From a virus (lineage: Duplodnaviria > Caudoviricetes): 56,985 nucleotides of DNA. The position numbers were made by a program, and so were the translations under genes. The notes below the pieces were generated by a model. That model had not been told where the DNA came from and searched no databases. It worked only from the letters and a program-made list of their open reading frames with translations. The stretch covers positions 1 through 56,985 of IMG/VR virus record IMGVR_UViG_3300033153_003349; one strand, given 5' to 3'. Positions 27,329 to 37,336 of the stretch are shown here, piece by piece; positions within the stretch are counted from its first letter, which is position 1, and each line of letters opens with the position of its first letter.

Positions 27329-27666
27329 GGCATCTCCTCTATTATAAACGTTATTCTATATGACACAGGCGTTATAGGCTTGACGTCAGGAGTATTCTTA
27401 AACCGTACAGCATTAGTAAAGTAAGCCCAATCAAATGTAAGAGAACCTCCCTGTAACGTATTAAGATAAAAATCATTAAACACATCTAATATAGCCACTG
27501 TGGGAACAATAATAGAACAAGACCAATCACTAGTTCCCGCACTAAACCTACGTCTTACTTTAGCTGGACCAATATCCATCTTACTCCGAATACTCTGAGT
27601 CTGAAGCTTTGTACTATGATTACTTATTAAAGGATATTGGGGAAGTGTTACTGGCCAAGTTGACAT
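27325..27666 (-). CDS. Distal tail protein (gpM/Dit-like)
   Basis: WPVTLPQYP, RSKMDIGPAKVRRRF, TLQGGSLTFDW; directly after the tape measure. Confidence 0.8.
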   Translation of the reverse strand: MSTWPVTLPQYPLISNHSTKLQTQSIRSKMDIGPAKVRRRFSAGTSDWSCSIIVPTVAILDVFNDFYLNTLQGGSLTFDWAYFTNAVRFKNTPDVKPITPVSYRITFIIEEMP

Positions 27667-30032
27667 TATCTGACCCCTCTTCTTGAATTATAATTTGTTT
27701 TCATTGTTCTATCCATCGAACCATCAGACATAGCTGCTTTCATCTCACTGCGTATCAAAACTTGAATCTGTCTTTGTCCGTCTGGACCTGTAGACTCAGT
27801 GACTTCTGGAGGTTCTCCTCCTGTCCTTTGGTCGATAATATTAATAACCGTACCACCTATAGACTTTCCTTTAGGAATGACTTGTTCACCTTTTTGTAGT
27901 ATAGCTCTGTACTCATCTGCAAATAAACCATCATGCAATCTGGGTATGCTTCTTTGCCTAAATGAATGTCCTGAACCTTGATGCCCTACTCCGTACCCTG
28001 CGGAAGCGTTTGTTGAATAATGTCTAGTTGCGGAGTCACTAACATTAGTATTATATGAACCATCTACTGTTGGTCCTCCAGGAAATAACCCATTAATAAT
28101 TTTTTGTACAATCATTATTCTTATCATAGATTGCAAAATTTCCTCAAGAACTTTAGTAGCTATCTCCCCTATACCTTCCCAACCTTTAGCAGCAGACATA
28201 AACAAATCAGTAAATCCTTGTTCTACTGAACTTAGAATAACTTGAGTCACTTCCGCCCATCTATCATTTATATCTCTTGTTTTTTCTGCAAACTTTTCTG
28301 CTCCTGCTGTTATCCCATCCCACATTGTTTGGTTGGTTCCCGTCATGCGTTCTAATTTATTCTGTATCTCATCGTAGTCTTTTAAAGCCATAGCTAATTT
28401 ATGATTATATAAAGCACCTTCTTCATTAACCCCGTCTAATAAAGTATTCCATTGTTTCCCTTGGATAAGAATTTCTAATCCTCTATTAGATATACCTGAA
28501 TATTCATTTTTTAATTGTTTAACTCTGACTGTAGCTTCCTTGGTTTTATCATTTAACTCTTCCATCATTCGTTGAAGATCAGTTTTCTTTCCTTTTTTCC
28601 CCATACCACGTTCAGGAGCTTTGCCTGTAGAAAGGTCTCCAAATTCTAATTTGAAAGCTTTTATCTTTTTAAGTGTTTCATCAAATTTTTTCTTTAACTC
28701 TTCAAGACCGCCTCTAAAATCAGTAAAATCTCCTTCCTCAAGACCAGCAAGTTCAATTATAGCATCTTTCACATTTCCTATTTCATCAATTACTCCTCCC
28801 ATAGTATTCTTCATAAGAGACATAGGATTAAGATTAGAAGCTGTTCCAAATAAATTCCACAGTTTAACTATAGGACTATTATTACCAAATTTTACTTTTA
28901 ATAATTGATAGGCTTCTTCTTTCATATCAGCTAATTTTTCTGACATAGTTTGGACAGCCAATGCAGCCATAATAGGTGCAGGGCCAAGAACAATAGAAGC
29001 TATAAGACCTACCGCTTTCACTTCAGGAGGTAATTTATTATAAACTTCTATCATAGGCTTAATTCCATAATTATAAATAGCCATTAATAAAGGACTAAAT
29101 AAATCAATAATAGAAGCTGCTCCAAGAATTATATCAAACAAATTTGCTGCTAATTGCTGAACAAATTTTGTTGTAAAATTAGCAAGGCTATCCATATTAG
29201 ATTCAAAGAATTGCATAAAAACTGTTAACCCTGCTTTCAATCCTGAAAAAAGGTCACCTTCCATTACAGCCCTTTGAAATCTCCACCACCTATCTTTCAT
29301 CATCTCCATGACACCAAACCAGGTACTCATCATAGCTTTAGAAGTTCCTCCGAATCTTTCAGCTAATTCTTCAAAGATAGCATTAAGACCTTCCGTGGCT
29401 GTGATTCCTGTTCGGTTCATATTCTTTAAGGCTTCACCTGTTAATCCTAATTTCTTTTTTAAGATATCATAGATAGGTACACCATGCTCTGCTAACTGCC
29501 TCATCTCTTCACCAGCAATCTTCCCTTTAGATGCCATCTGTCCTAACGCTCTTGATATCCCCTGGAATGTTTGTACGGAACCACCTAAAGCAGAAACAGT
29601 ATCAAGTATAGCTTCCATTTGTTTCTCAGTAGGCTTTAAACCCATTGCTGTTAATTTCCTATACTGATTAACTGCCTCCTCTGTATTTATAGGCATATTC
29701 TTTGCCCACATATCTAATCGATCAAAAGTAGCTTGACCCTTAGCCATGTCTCTTTCAAGACTCATCATTGATATTCTTAATTTCTCTACGGATTCAGCAG
29801 TGTGGAGAAAATCTTTAGCTATTCTGCCTACCATTCTGCCTGCCCTAAAAGCAAGAAAACCCATAGCTCCTGCCATTAACATAGAAGAAGATTTAACTTT
29901 CTTACTTGTCTTAGTCACAGTTTTCCCAAATTTTTCAACTTCTTTCCCTGCCTGTTTAAAGCCCATAACAAGTTGATTATTTTGAGAAGTAATCTTAACA
30001 GCTATGCCACCAATTACATATTCACCAGCCAT
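27666..30032 (-). CDS. Tape measure protein (788 aa)
   Basis: ALGQMASKGKIAGEEMRQLAEHGVPIY tape-measure domain, hydrophobic middle, C-terminal LHDGL..DE..AILQKGE.VIP. Confidence 0.92.
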   Translation of the reverse strand: MAGEYVIGGIAVKITSQNNQLVMGFKQAGKEVEKFGKTVTKTSKKVKSSSMLMAGAMGFLAFRAGRMVGRIAKDFLHTAESVEKLRISMMSLERDMAKGQATFDRLDMWAKNMPINTEEAVNQYRKLTAMGLKPTEKQMEAILDTVSALGGSVQTFQGISRALGQMASKGKIAGEEMRQLAEHGVPIYDILKKKLGLTGEALKNMNRTGITATEGLNAIFEELAERFGGTSKAMMSTWFGVMEMMKDRWWRFQRAVMEGDLFSGLKAGLTVFMQFFESNMDSLANFTTKFVQQLAANLFDIILGAASIIDLFSPLLMAIYNYGIKPMIEVYNKLPPEVKAVGLIASIVLGPAPIMAALAVQTMSEKLADMKEEAYQLLKVKFGNNSPIVKLWNLFGTASNLNPMSLMKNTMGGVIDEIGNVKDAIIELAGLEEGDFTDFRGGLEELKKKFDETLKKIKAFKLEFGDLSTGKAPERGMGKKGKKTDLQRMMEELNDKTKEATVRVKQLKNEYSGISNRGLEILIQGKQWNTLLDGVNEEGALYNHKLAMALKDYDEIQNKLERMTGTNQTMWDGITAGAEKFAEKTRDINDRWAEVTQVILSSVEQGFTDLFMSAAKGWEGIGEIATKVLEEILQSMIRIMIVQKIINGLFPGGPTVDGSYNTNVSDSATRHYSTNASAGYGVGHQGSGHSFRQRSIPRLHDGLFADEYRAILQKGEQVIPKGKSIGGTVINIIDQRTGGEPPEVTESTGPDGQRQIQVLIRSEMKAAMSDGSMDRTMKTNYNSRRGVR

Positions 30033-30331
30033 TATTTTCTCCTGGTTAAAGCTCTGTGCATATCAGTAATGATTTGCTTTAAGTATTCAGTACTTCTTTT
30101 CTTTTTCTTTGGTTTAGCGTTGGGAACAAAATCTCGTAAATCAAAACGAGGCATAAACTTAACAGGGTCAATCTTAGCTTTTTTACCCCCAGCAGAAACA
30201 GCAATAACATGAGCTAACATACCAAAACGAATATCTTGTCTAACAGTACCGAATGGTTCAGTAAGATAATACATTTCCCATTCCGCCATTTCCGTTGCCG
30301 ACATTCTGTTCAACATATCTTCTCTCGTCAT
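30032..30331 (-). CDS. Tail assembly chaperone, gpT-like part (reached by -1 frameshift)
   Basis: MSATEMAEWEMYYLTEPFG; its frame stays open upstream to the slippery site (KKLISGSKIFQYRLALALGMT...). Confidence 0.8.
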   Translation of the reverse strand: MTREDMLNRMSATEMAEWEMYYLTEPFGTVRQDIRFGMLAHVIAVSAGGKKAKIDPVKFMPRFDLRDFVPNAKPKKKKRSTEYLKQIITDMHRALTRRK

Positions 30332-30378
30332 TCCTAATGCGAGAGCAAGACGATACTGAAAAATCTTACTCCCGCTTA

Positions 30379-30789
30379 TCAGTTTTTTGCTGTGTTCTCT
30401 TTTGCTTTCTCACCTATACCATTCAATATTGAAGCAACTTCCCAGATTTCATTAACTGCTGTTCCAGCTTTCCGTTCTAATTTTTCTTGGTCTGTATCTC
30501 TGAATAATCTAACACCTTGTTCATCAACAACACAAAGAATCATTAGACGTACTCTTGCTCCTGAGATATCACTTTTAGAATCAACTACCTTACCCTCTTC
30601 ATCTTTAATAGTTTCTGTATGGTCTAGCATATGTTGTTCAAAAGCATCTTTCTCTTTAGCTGTTAAAGTTCTGACTCTAACAGCTTTTCCTCCCCATGCC
30701 TCAACATTAACAACGTCATATTTTAAATCATCAATATTAAATATGTCGCTCTTAGACATGAATTTCTGTGGTGATTTTTCTTTAGTCAT
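30379..30789 (-). CDS. Tail assembly chaperone gpG-like
   Basis: VNVEAWGG..VRVRTLTAKEKDAFE, LCVVDEQG.RLF, ends ...AKN at the slippery site. Confidence 0.85.
   Translation of the reverse strand: MTKEKSPQKFMSKSDIFNIDDLKYDVVNVEAWGGKAVRVRTLTAKEKDAFEQHMLDHTETIKDEEGKVVDSKSDISGARVRLMILCVVDEQGVRLFRDTDQEKLERKAGTAVNEIWEVASILNGIGEKAKENTAKN
30382..30388 (-). other. Programmed -1 ribosomal frameshift site A AAA AAC
   Basis: X XXY YYZ heptamer immediately before the gpG TGA; the -1 frame runs into the gpT ORF. Confidence 0.82.
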
Positions 30790-30813
30790 TTTGTACGCTC
30801 CTCAACGTTTAAA

Positions 30814-31497
30814 TTAACCTGTTTGGTCAAACGAGCTTGACCCACTTACTTTCAATGTGACATCAGCTACTACTTTATCAGCAGTAGGAACATTCGGGGG
30901 AATATCTGTCACGATAGCATCAAATTTCCAAGTAGTCGGATTAGCTACATCATCTGGTAAAACAATCTTCCACCGTTTAGGAGATAAGTCTCTTTCAAAC
31001 TTTCTCTTAATAGCAGAATATCCGATGTAACCAAAATTCATTTGGAAAGAAGCCTCTCCACCGTCTTTAAGACCAGAGATAAATTCACGATAAAAATCTG
31101 TACTACCCATGTGAGTAGTATCTACGGTTTCTTTAGTAGGACTTACAGGAACGATGTCATTAATTTCTCCGAGTTCTGCCCAGATTTCATCTTCGTCCAC
31201 TAATGTAATTTCCCCACCAGATACCCAATCACCATAAAGAGTTGAATCAATAGCTACATCTCCTGGAGTAAGAATTTCAAAAGTAGTCGATGTCGCATTG
31301 GCTACTTTGTATAAATTACCATTTAACTCTACCATACCTACAACGTCTTCAATGTAGATAATCATATCATCTACAATGTCGCCTATATCATCAACTCCAA
31401 TCACACATTGTGCTGCTTTAGTAGCACTCGTGATTAAATTTAATCCATAGGTGTCATAGTATAGTTTGGTTCCGATTCCCAAAAAAGCATTAGACAT
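30814..31497 (-). CDS. Major tail tube protein with an inserted FCCH-like domain
   Basis: GIGTKL...WAELGEI, ETVDTTH, REFISGLKDGGEASF, WKIVLPD, VTLKVSG; ~76-aa insertion near the N-terminus. Confidence 0.87.
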   Translation of the reverse strand: MSNAFLGIGTKLYYDTYGLNLITSATKAAQCVIGVDDIGDIVDDMIIYIEDVVGMVELNGNLYKVANATSTTFEILTPGDVAIDSTLYGDWVSGGEITLVDEDEIWAELGEINDIVPVSPTKETVDTTHMGSTDFYREFISGLKDGGEASFQMNFGYIGYSAIKRKFERDLSPKRWKIVLPDDVANPTTWKFDAIVTDIPPNVPTADKVVADVTLKVSGSSSFDQTG

Positions 31498-31511
31498 AAA
31501 AGCCTCCTTAA

Positions 31512-31910
31512 TTATTTAGGTTGAATTTGTATTAAAAAATTAATTGTAAATTGTGACCGTTTATCATCATCTTGACTTAATACGAATGGACCAGAAAACT
31601 TCTGTATTCCTACCACGTGCCATTCTTTAGCCTGTGCATCAGTAAAATCAAAATTAACATTCTTATCTAGTAACTCAACAAGATTCGTACATTTTAAATA
31701 CCCTATAGTATAATCAAAGTCTCTTACATAAACTTGAGCAGTAGGATATTCGTATTCATATAACCTTTCAGACATTTTAGAAGGAGCAGTATCATGAATA
31801 ACAATAATATTATGTGGGCTAGGAGGAGCAGAACTAATAAATAAATCAGTTCCGAATACTCCCATAGCAGCATCTTCTATTATTTTTTGAAACACCGCAG
31901 ATACTCTCAT
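31512..31910 (-). CDS. Tail terminator / minor capsid-type neck protein
   Basis: FGTDLFIS..PPSP, YPTAQVYVR, DDKRSQFTINF; position before the tail tube. Confidence 0.72.
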   Translation of the reverse strand: MRVSAVFQKIIEDAAMGVFGTDLFISSAPPSPHNIIVIHDTAPSKMSERLYEYEYPTAQVYVRDFDYTIGYLKCTNLVELLDKNVNFDFTDAQAKEWHVVGIQKFSGPFVLSQDDDKRSQFTINFLIQIQPK

Positions 31911-32449
31911 TAACTTAAAGCCTTTCTTCCTGAAGCTACCATAAGTCTAACTACATCATCAGCTAAATTTAATGTTGGGTCTTGAAGGTAATGAGGTTTC
32001 CTCCCCCCAGGATGATGATAAGTTAATGTTTCATGTTGGTCTGCTGCATACTCCGCACTATAGGCAATAACAAAACCAAAGTTACCTTTGGTTAACATGG
32101 ACAAATCACCTTTAGCTACTTCCCTATTCTGGCTAGTATTCTCAGCAGTACGAGCAACTTTAGCTTCAAAAGCTGCATCACCTTTAGCCCTAAATACTGT
32201 TTGTCTTGATGCTTGTCTTGTTATAAACGACCTACGTGGACCCATAAAGACTATAAACCCAGAAGCTCTTAAATTTCCTGTCTTAAGTGGCACTTCCTGG
32301 GCTGATTTCCTTAAAATAAGCAACCCACCTTGTAACATACCCTTTGCAGTATGATTCTCCACATCAGCCAATTTCCTCTGTAGATGCTTAACCGCTTGGG
32401 CTATGCCTTTTATCTCTATGTTTATCATCGGATTGCTCATTACACCCAC
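31910..32449 (-). CDS. HK97 gp10-like tail completion/neck protein
   Basis: SAQEVPLKTGNLRASG, YSAEYAADQHE, KPHYLQDP. Confidence 0.75.
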   Translation of the reverse strand: MGVMSNPMINIEIKGIAQAVKHLQRKLADVENHTAKGMLQGGLLILRKSAQEVPLKTGNLRASGFIVFMGPRRSFITRQASRQTVFRAKGDAAFEAKVARTAENTSQNREVAKGDLSMLTKGNFGFVIAYSAEYAADQHETLTYHHPGGRKPHYLQDPTLNLADDVVRLMVASGRKALS

Positions 32450-32778
32450 GCCTTATAAAAAACTGTAACACCTCTGATGCTATCACCTCTTAAAACATCT
32501 AAAATCTTTTCTGCTCCTTCAACTTGTCTTGGGTCTGTTTCTTTAGATACTCCTTCAAAAAGATACCCTTCGTTTTTAAGTTCAGAAGTAGACCAGATTT
32601 GTGCTTTAGAAGTAATATTCGATTGCATTTCTGAATCTAATAAAACAGTACTCTGTCTCCAATGTCCTTTTATTATGACAGGCTCACTTGGAACTATTTG
32701 ATTGTATCCATCTTTAGCATCTGGAGGCCAGTAAGTTAAATCTACGTATCGTCTAGTGACTTCTCTTAATAAGCTCAT
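32440..32778 (-). CDS. Head closure protein
   Basis: TYWPP..DGYNQ...P.IIKGHW; position. Confidence 0.68.
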   Translation of the reverse strand: MSLLREVTRRYVDLTYWPPDAKDGYNQIVPSEPVIIKGHWRQSTVLLDSEMQSNITSKAQIWSTSELKNEGYLFEGVSKETDPRQVEGAEKILDVLRGDSIRGVTVFYKAWV

Positions 32779-33149
32779 AATACCTCAATAGACATTTGAG
32801 TTCTTTTACCACTTAACTTCTTTAAAATACCTGAAGGGTCAAGAAGGATTGCTTGCTGTCCATATTCAGTCTGTTCTAACCCTTTCCCTATCACACTATA
32901 ATACTTTTCTTTGATATCTTCTATCTGGATTTCACCTGCCCTGCGATTTTTAATAGTCGCAAAATGACAGGTTAACCAAATCCCAATTTCGGACAAGAGG
33001 CTATCACTGATTCCTATGTCGAGGAGGTACTGCTCTATGAGAGCTAAACTGGTAGCCTCAAAGTTTTTAAATTCTTTTTGGTCGATGTCTCCATCGTAAG
33101 TATCTTGTACCCTCTGAATAGGAATAGCAACAGCCATCTTGTCCTCCAT
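32775..33149 (-). CDS. Head-tail adaptor
   Basis: WLTCHFA, GLEQTEYGQQAILLDPSG; position. Confidence 0.72.
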   Translation of the reverse strand: MEDKMAVAIPIQRVQDTYDGDIDQKEFKNFEATSLALIEQYLLDIGISDSLLSEIGIWLTCHFATIKNRRAGEIQIEDIKEKYYSVIGKGLEQTEYGQQAILLDPSGILKKLSGKRTQMSIEVL

Positions 33150-33167
33150 GGAATTTGGAGATAAGGA

Positions 33168-33488
33168 TTATTTGTCCTCATCTCCAGGTTTTGTTTCATC
33201 ACCTTTTTCTTCTTCTTCAGTGATTTCTTCACCTTCGGTTTCATCTTCTTTTCCGACAAACCCTTTGGATTTAGCTGCTGCTTTGGCGGCTACTGTTTTG
33301 GCTTTCTCTTGCTCTTGCTCATACTCAAGAGGAACAACTCTTCCTTCAACTACAAGCTCAGCAACATCAGCTTTCTTGCCTACATAAAAAATTTCACCAG
33401 CTACTGCACGACCTTTTTTCCCACCAGGTGTTGTATATAAATGAACCCCAGCTTTAAGGCGATAACCATATTTTCTATCACGTGCCAT
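33168..33488 (-). CDS. Small head-associated protein with an acidic tail (106 aa)
   Basis: GAGGAG RBS; directly after the capsid gene. Confidence 0.65.
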   Translation of the reverse strand: MARDRKYGYRLKAGVHLYTTPGGKKGRAVAGEIFYVGKKADVAELVVEGRVVPLEYEQEQEKAKTVAAKAAAKSKGFVGKEDETEGEEITEEEEKGDETKPGDEDK

Positions 33489-33512
33489 AAAAAACTCCTC
33501 AACTGTTAAATG

Positions 33513-34502
33513 TTATGCTGCGGACCAATCGAAAATCGGACAAATACCGTTTCCGTCTACTTTCAAACGAGGAACCATAGAACCGATAACCTTGAACCGT
33601 GTTTCCATACCACCAACCTCATCCCACTGAATATTAACAACATCAGAAGCAATTGCAATATCTACAGTTTGACGACTCATCTCAACAACAGACAAATGGT
33701 CATTGGTAATTTGAGAAGAAGGCTTAATAGCAGCGATTTCCTCATTATCAAGAATACGTTTTAACAAAGTTCTTTCGGACTCAGCTTTATAATCCTCACG
33801 GAGAGACTTCATCCAATTTAAAGGTACATAAAAACTGTAAGGTCCATCGGATTCAAGCAAATCTGCCTGAGCTAAAACGGCCTGTACATCAGTAAGAATC
33901 TGAGCGGCAGTTGCAGTTCCGTCCCAAGCACCACCAGCAAGAGTGCCAGTAACTCGTGAAGGGAATGTGAAATAGCCGTAGATTAAACGACCAGAAACAT
34001 TCAGACTAACACCATTAAACAACATATTTTCAATGGCTTGGAAAACCTTTTTACTTGCTGCCTCTGATTGCAGGGTATCAAGAGAAGTTCCATGATTCCT
34101 TGCAGCCATAATGCGTCTGATGTCGTAACGAAAATCTTTGTAGATTAACGGAACAGGAACACCATCAAGGTCAAAGGTCAGAGTATCTTCTCTCGCTTGC
34201 GAGGAAGGACTCATACTAATTGTAGCAGGGGTTATATCATTAATTCTTTCCCACTCTGCCATCACAACACCAATATTGCCCAGGTTGTATGTGAGGCTCC
34301 TGGAGATTAAATCCTCTACAGCATTCAAAGTAACTTTCCGCAATTCAACAAGAGTACGGTCAAGGAGCAACCATTCATCTTTCCGAAGCAAAGAGTTAGT
34401 TCTCATACCCACAGAATCTAATTCCATATTGTTCACCAGCAAACGTCTCATCACGCTTTGGCTGAAGAAGTTACCTGTTAAAGGCGCATATAATTCGTTC
34501 AT
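33513..34502 (-). CDS. Major capsid protein, HK97 fold (Linocin M18/encapsulin-like type)
   Basis: NSLLRKDEWLLLD, VPVPLIYKDF...R, ENMLFNG, IYGY, GPY; follows the protease and decoration genes. Confidence 0.85.
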   Translation of the reverse strand: MNELYAPLTGNFFSQSVMRRLLVNNMELDSVGMRTNSLLRKDEWLLLDRTLVELRKVTLNAVEDLISRSLTYNLGNIGVVMAEWERINDITPATISMSPSSQAREDTLTFDLDGVPVPLIYKDFRYDIRRIMAARNHGTSLDTLQSEAASKKVFQAIENMLFNGVSLNVSGRLIYGYFTFPSRVTGTLAGGAWDGTATAAQILTDVQAVLAQADLLESDGPYSFYVPLNWMKSLREDYKAESERTLLKRILDNEEIAAIKPSSQITNDHLSVVEMSRQTVDIAIASDVVNIQWDEVGGMETRFKVIGSMVPRLKVDGNGICPIFDWSAA

Positions 34503-34512
34503 CTTCTCCTCC

Positions 34513-34941
34513 TTACAGGATTTCTACAACAATGCGAGCTTCAGCACTTGTTGTGGTTACGGCTTCTTTAGCAATAGCTACAGCAACATCAGAACCTACA
34601 GCTTTCAAGAAACCTCCAGTGGTGAAAGAAAGAATAGCACCAATGGCGATTGTTTGTGATTGTGCTAAAATAGCACTAACTTCGTCACCTTGGCGGAAAA
34701 CACCATAATGCACATTTTCTTCAGGCTCGTAAGCGTGATCAATATCATCACCCAACATACCATTTTCCAAAGCGAAAGACTTAGCATAAACAGTAGCTAC
34801 AGAAGCAATCAAAGCCCCTGTACTATCTTCCACAACACCTATCCCAGGAAGAATGGTGACGGCAGCTTTTGCAGGCAATTCCTTGTGAATCGGAATACCT
34901 TTAATGGTGACGGTTTCATAAGTTGTCTTTGACATCGTCAA
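34513..34941 (-). CDS. Head decoration protein
   Basis: Small beta-rich protein between DUF2213 and the capsid gene (ILPG, FALEN, IDHAY, GDEV.A.LA, VAIAKEAV). Confidence 0.72.
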   Translation of the reverse strand: MTMSKTTYETVTIKGIPIHKELPAKAAVTILPGIGVVEDSTGALIASVATVYAKSFALENGMLGDDIDHAYEPEENVHYGVFRQGDEVSAILAQSQTIAIGAILSFTTGGFLKAVGSDVAVAIAKEAVTTTSAEARIVVEIL

Positions 34942-34947
34942 CCTCCA

Positions 34948-36438
34948 TTAATTTTTGTTAATATCAGCTTTAATGACACTTGGGGGGGCAGGCATATCTT
35001 CCGTGTTGTTATCCACGTTCGCCATTGGTCCGCCAAAGCCAAAAAAGTTTTGATCTGGGGAGATGCCTGAGTCCTGCAACATTTTCTCAAGAATGTTGAC
35101 TTCTAATGCTTCCAACACTTCTTTAGAAAACTGGTTGTTAGGTACAAGCGTTAATTGTGCGACTAACTGAGTCTTTCTCTCATTAGTCTTGTTTGCCTCA
35201 AGAACCTTAGACACAGTTTCGGAAACTGTATCGCTGACGATTTTAGCAACATCGTTAGCAGTCAAAGGCTTTACTTCTGAATCATCTGCTTTTGCAGGCT
35301 CAGCTTTCGCAGGCTCAGCTTCAGCATTTACTTCAGGAGTAACAGGCGGGGTAGAATCAGCTTGATTAGCTTTGGGTGGCTCCTCTGTGGAGGCAGGAGC
35401 AACTTCCATCTTATCCAGCTGTTCTTCATTCAACGACATAAGCCATTCTCTGTCACCTTCGACAAATTTTGTACTTTCGCAGTTGATTAGCAAATCCACT
35501 TTTTCTTTCATGGGTTCGCCTCCTTTTTGGTTAATGGTTAAAGGTTCGTATGTTACGACCTTCTTAACTTCAGTTTTATCACTTCCTAAATCTACTTTAT
35601 CATCAGCACTAATCTGATAAGATACTCTAAAGAACTTACCATCTACTTTATAAAGTACATAACTATTATACACATCTGCAAGCCAAAAATCGAAAGTTTC
35701 CACATTCTCTAGTTTAGCCACAGAATCATATAAAAGAGAAGTAATCTGATCGAAACTTAATTCATTAACGAAAGGCTGTTCCCTTAAATCATTCGTAGCA
35801 GGAACAACTATTTCTTCTTTGGAAATTACATCTTTCAATTTGTCCAAAAGTGACTTCTTCACATCATTACCCTCCTTTACATTTGTACGTGGAGCACCAC
35901 ATCCATCCTCTATACTACACGCCCCTTTAGCAAAAGGCAATAAAGCAAGGTGGTCTGGTACCATATTTCTTTGTATTCCTTTATACGTCTTTCCTTGTTC
36001 AGTTCCTCCTACAGCTTCTATCTGACTGAAGTACCCAGTAGAAACTTCAAGATTGTTATCATCTAACTTTGCCCGTATCTGCGTAAAAACTTCATCGTCT
36101 GAATCTAGCTTTTCTTTTTCAATCCAAAGATTACCTTTTAATTTCTTACCTTCTATTTTAGCATCAAAAAAGAATCCTGCAGAGTCATTAATAATCCCTG
36201 GTTTTTTAGCAGAGATATGGTCACCATTTATATTAACAGGGTGACCTATAGGCAGGGGTATTCCGTTCCAGGAATCAACCCATCTACCGAACTCTTCTTC
36301 AAGAGCAAGCCATCCATTAACAACTTGTTCCTGTAAAGCCACAACTGGAATAAGATAGTAATCAAGACCATTCATAGAATCAGTCTTAAAATCCCCCATT
36401 CCTACTTGTGAGTTTCTAAAAATTAATTGATTAATCAT
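34948..36438 (-). CDS. DUF2213 prohead protease/scaffold
   Basis: SWNGIPLPIGHP, LEVSTGY, QRNMVPDHLALLP..KGACS..DGCG; low-complexity scaffold-like C-terminus. Confidence 0.82.
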   Translation of the reverse strand: MINQLIFRNSQVGMGDFKTDSMNGLDYYLIPVVALQEQVVNGWLALEEEFGRWVDSWNGIPLPIGHPVNINGDHISAKKPGIINDSAGFFFDAKIEGKKLKGNLWIEKEKLDSDDEVFTQIRAKLDDNNLEVSTGYFSQIEAVGGTEQGKTYKGIQRNMVPDHLALLPFAKGACSIEDGCGAPRTNVKEGNDVKKSLLDKLKDVISKEEIVVPATNDLREQPFVNELSFDQITSLLYDSVAKLENVETFDFWLADVYNSYVLYKVDGKFFRVSYQISADDKVDLGSDKTEVKKVVTYEPLTINQKGGEPMKEKVDLLINCESTKFVEGDREWLMSLNEEQLDKMEVAPASTEEPPKANQADSTPPVTPEVNAEAEPAKAEPAKADDSEVKPLTANDVAKIVSDTVSETVSKVLEANKTNERKTQLVAQLTLVPNNQFSKEVLEALEVNILEKMLQDSGISPDQNFFGFGGPMANVDNNTEDMPAPPSVIKADINKN

Positions 36439-37336
36439 AAGATTCTCCTAAAATTTGTTTCGCTTCTCTATCATACGGTAACCATGCACACCTACAATTT
36501 GGATGTACAGGAATCACTCCTCTTGCTTCTGCTATAGTAAAGATGGGTTTATTATCTCGTATCTTCTGACACACAGGACATACACCAAACCCTGCCGTAG
36601 TAAATTCAACATCTAATTCTACATCATAAACTCCAAAAGATTCAAAGTTATTAAGAGTAGCTTCAGCATGAGCTCTTATGATTTCTGTCCTTGCTAAAAC
36701 TCTTGATCTTGTCAACCCAATAGCATCAACTCTATTTACTAAATTCCTTGCTATCAATGCAGGACTATGCCCTCTTGCCATTCCATCTGTTAAAGTTCTT
36801 GCAATTTGTTGTGACATAGCAGAAGTAACCCCCCGCAACTCTTCAAAGGTTCTCGTATATAACAAACCTAATCTATCAATATGTATAGGAAATCTTATAA
36901 GGTCTTCAAACATAGGTAAAACAACTGTGGAGGCTACAACACCCCCCAACAATGAAGTGGCAGACCTAAGACCTCTTTCATATCCTTTCGATATATAAGC
37001 GTCTGCCCACCAGTCACCCCCTATAACAGCCTGAGGATTTAGTGTTGTTAATTCAAATATTCCTAATCGAATTTGTTCTTCTAGCCAAATAATAAAAGCA
37101 GCAACCTTTTCAGGGTCATTTAAGAATTGGAATTGTCTAGGTACTAAATCTTGTTGAATAAAAGGATTCGTTCTAGGTAACAAGCCGAAAACATCTTGAG
37201 TAGTAATAGCAAATATAATACGTTTCTTTAACCACAAGAACCGTCTATTCATTTCTAGAACAAATTGATTCCGTATAGTTAAAGTACGGGTAGGGTCACC
37301 CTTCTTTATTATAGCATTAACTTGAATCTGTTCCAT
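36431..37336 (-). CDS. Head morphogenesis protein (Mu gpF/SPP1 gp7-like)
   Basis: DPTRTLT, LARTEIIRAH, VCPVC, IPVHPNCRC. Confidence 0.9.
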   Translation of the reverse strand: MEQIQVNAIIKKGDPTRTLTIRNQFVLEMNRRFLWLKKRIIFAITTQDVFGLLPRTNPFIQQDLVPRQFQFLNDPEKVAAFIIWLEEQIRLGIFELTTLNPQAVIGGDWWADAYISKGYERGLRSATSLLGGVVASTVVLPMFEDLIRFPIHIDRLGLLYTRTFEELRGVTSAMSQQIARTLTDGMARGHSPALIARNLVNRVDAIGLTRSRVLARTEIIRAHAEATLNNFESFGVYDVELDVEFTTAGFGVCPVCQKIRDNKPIFTIAEARGVIPVHPNCRCAWLPYDREAKQILGESYD

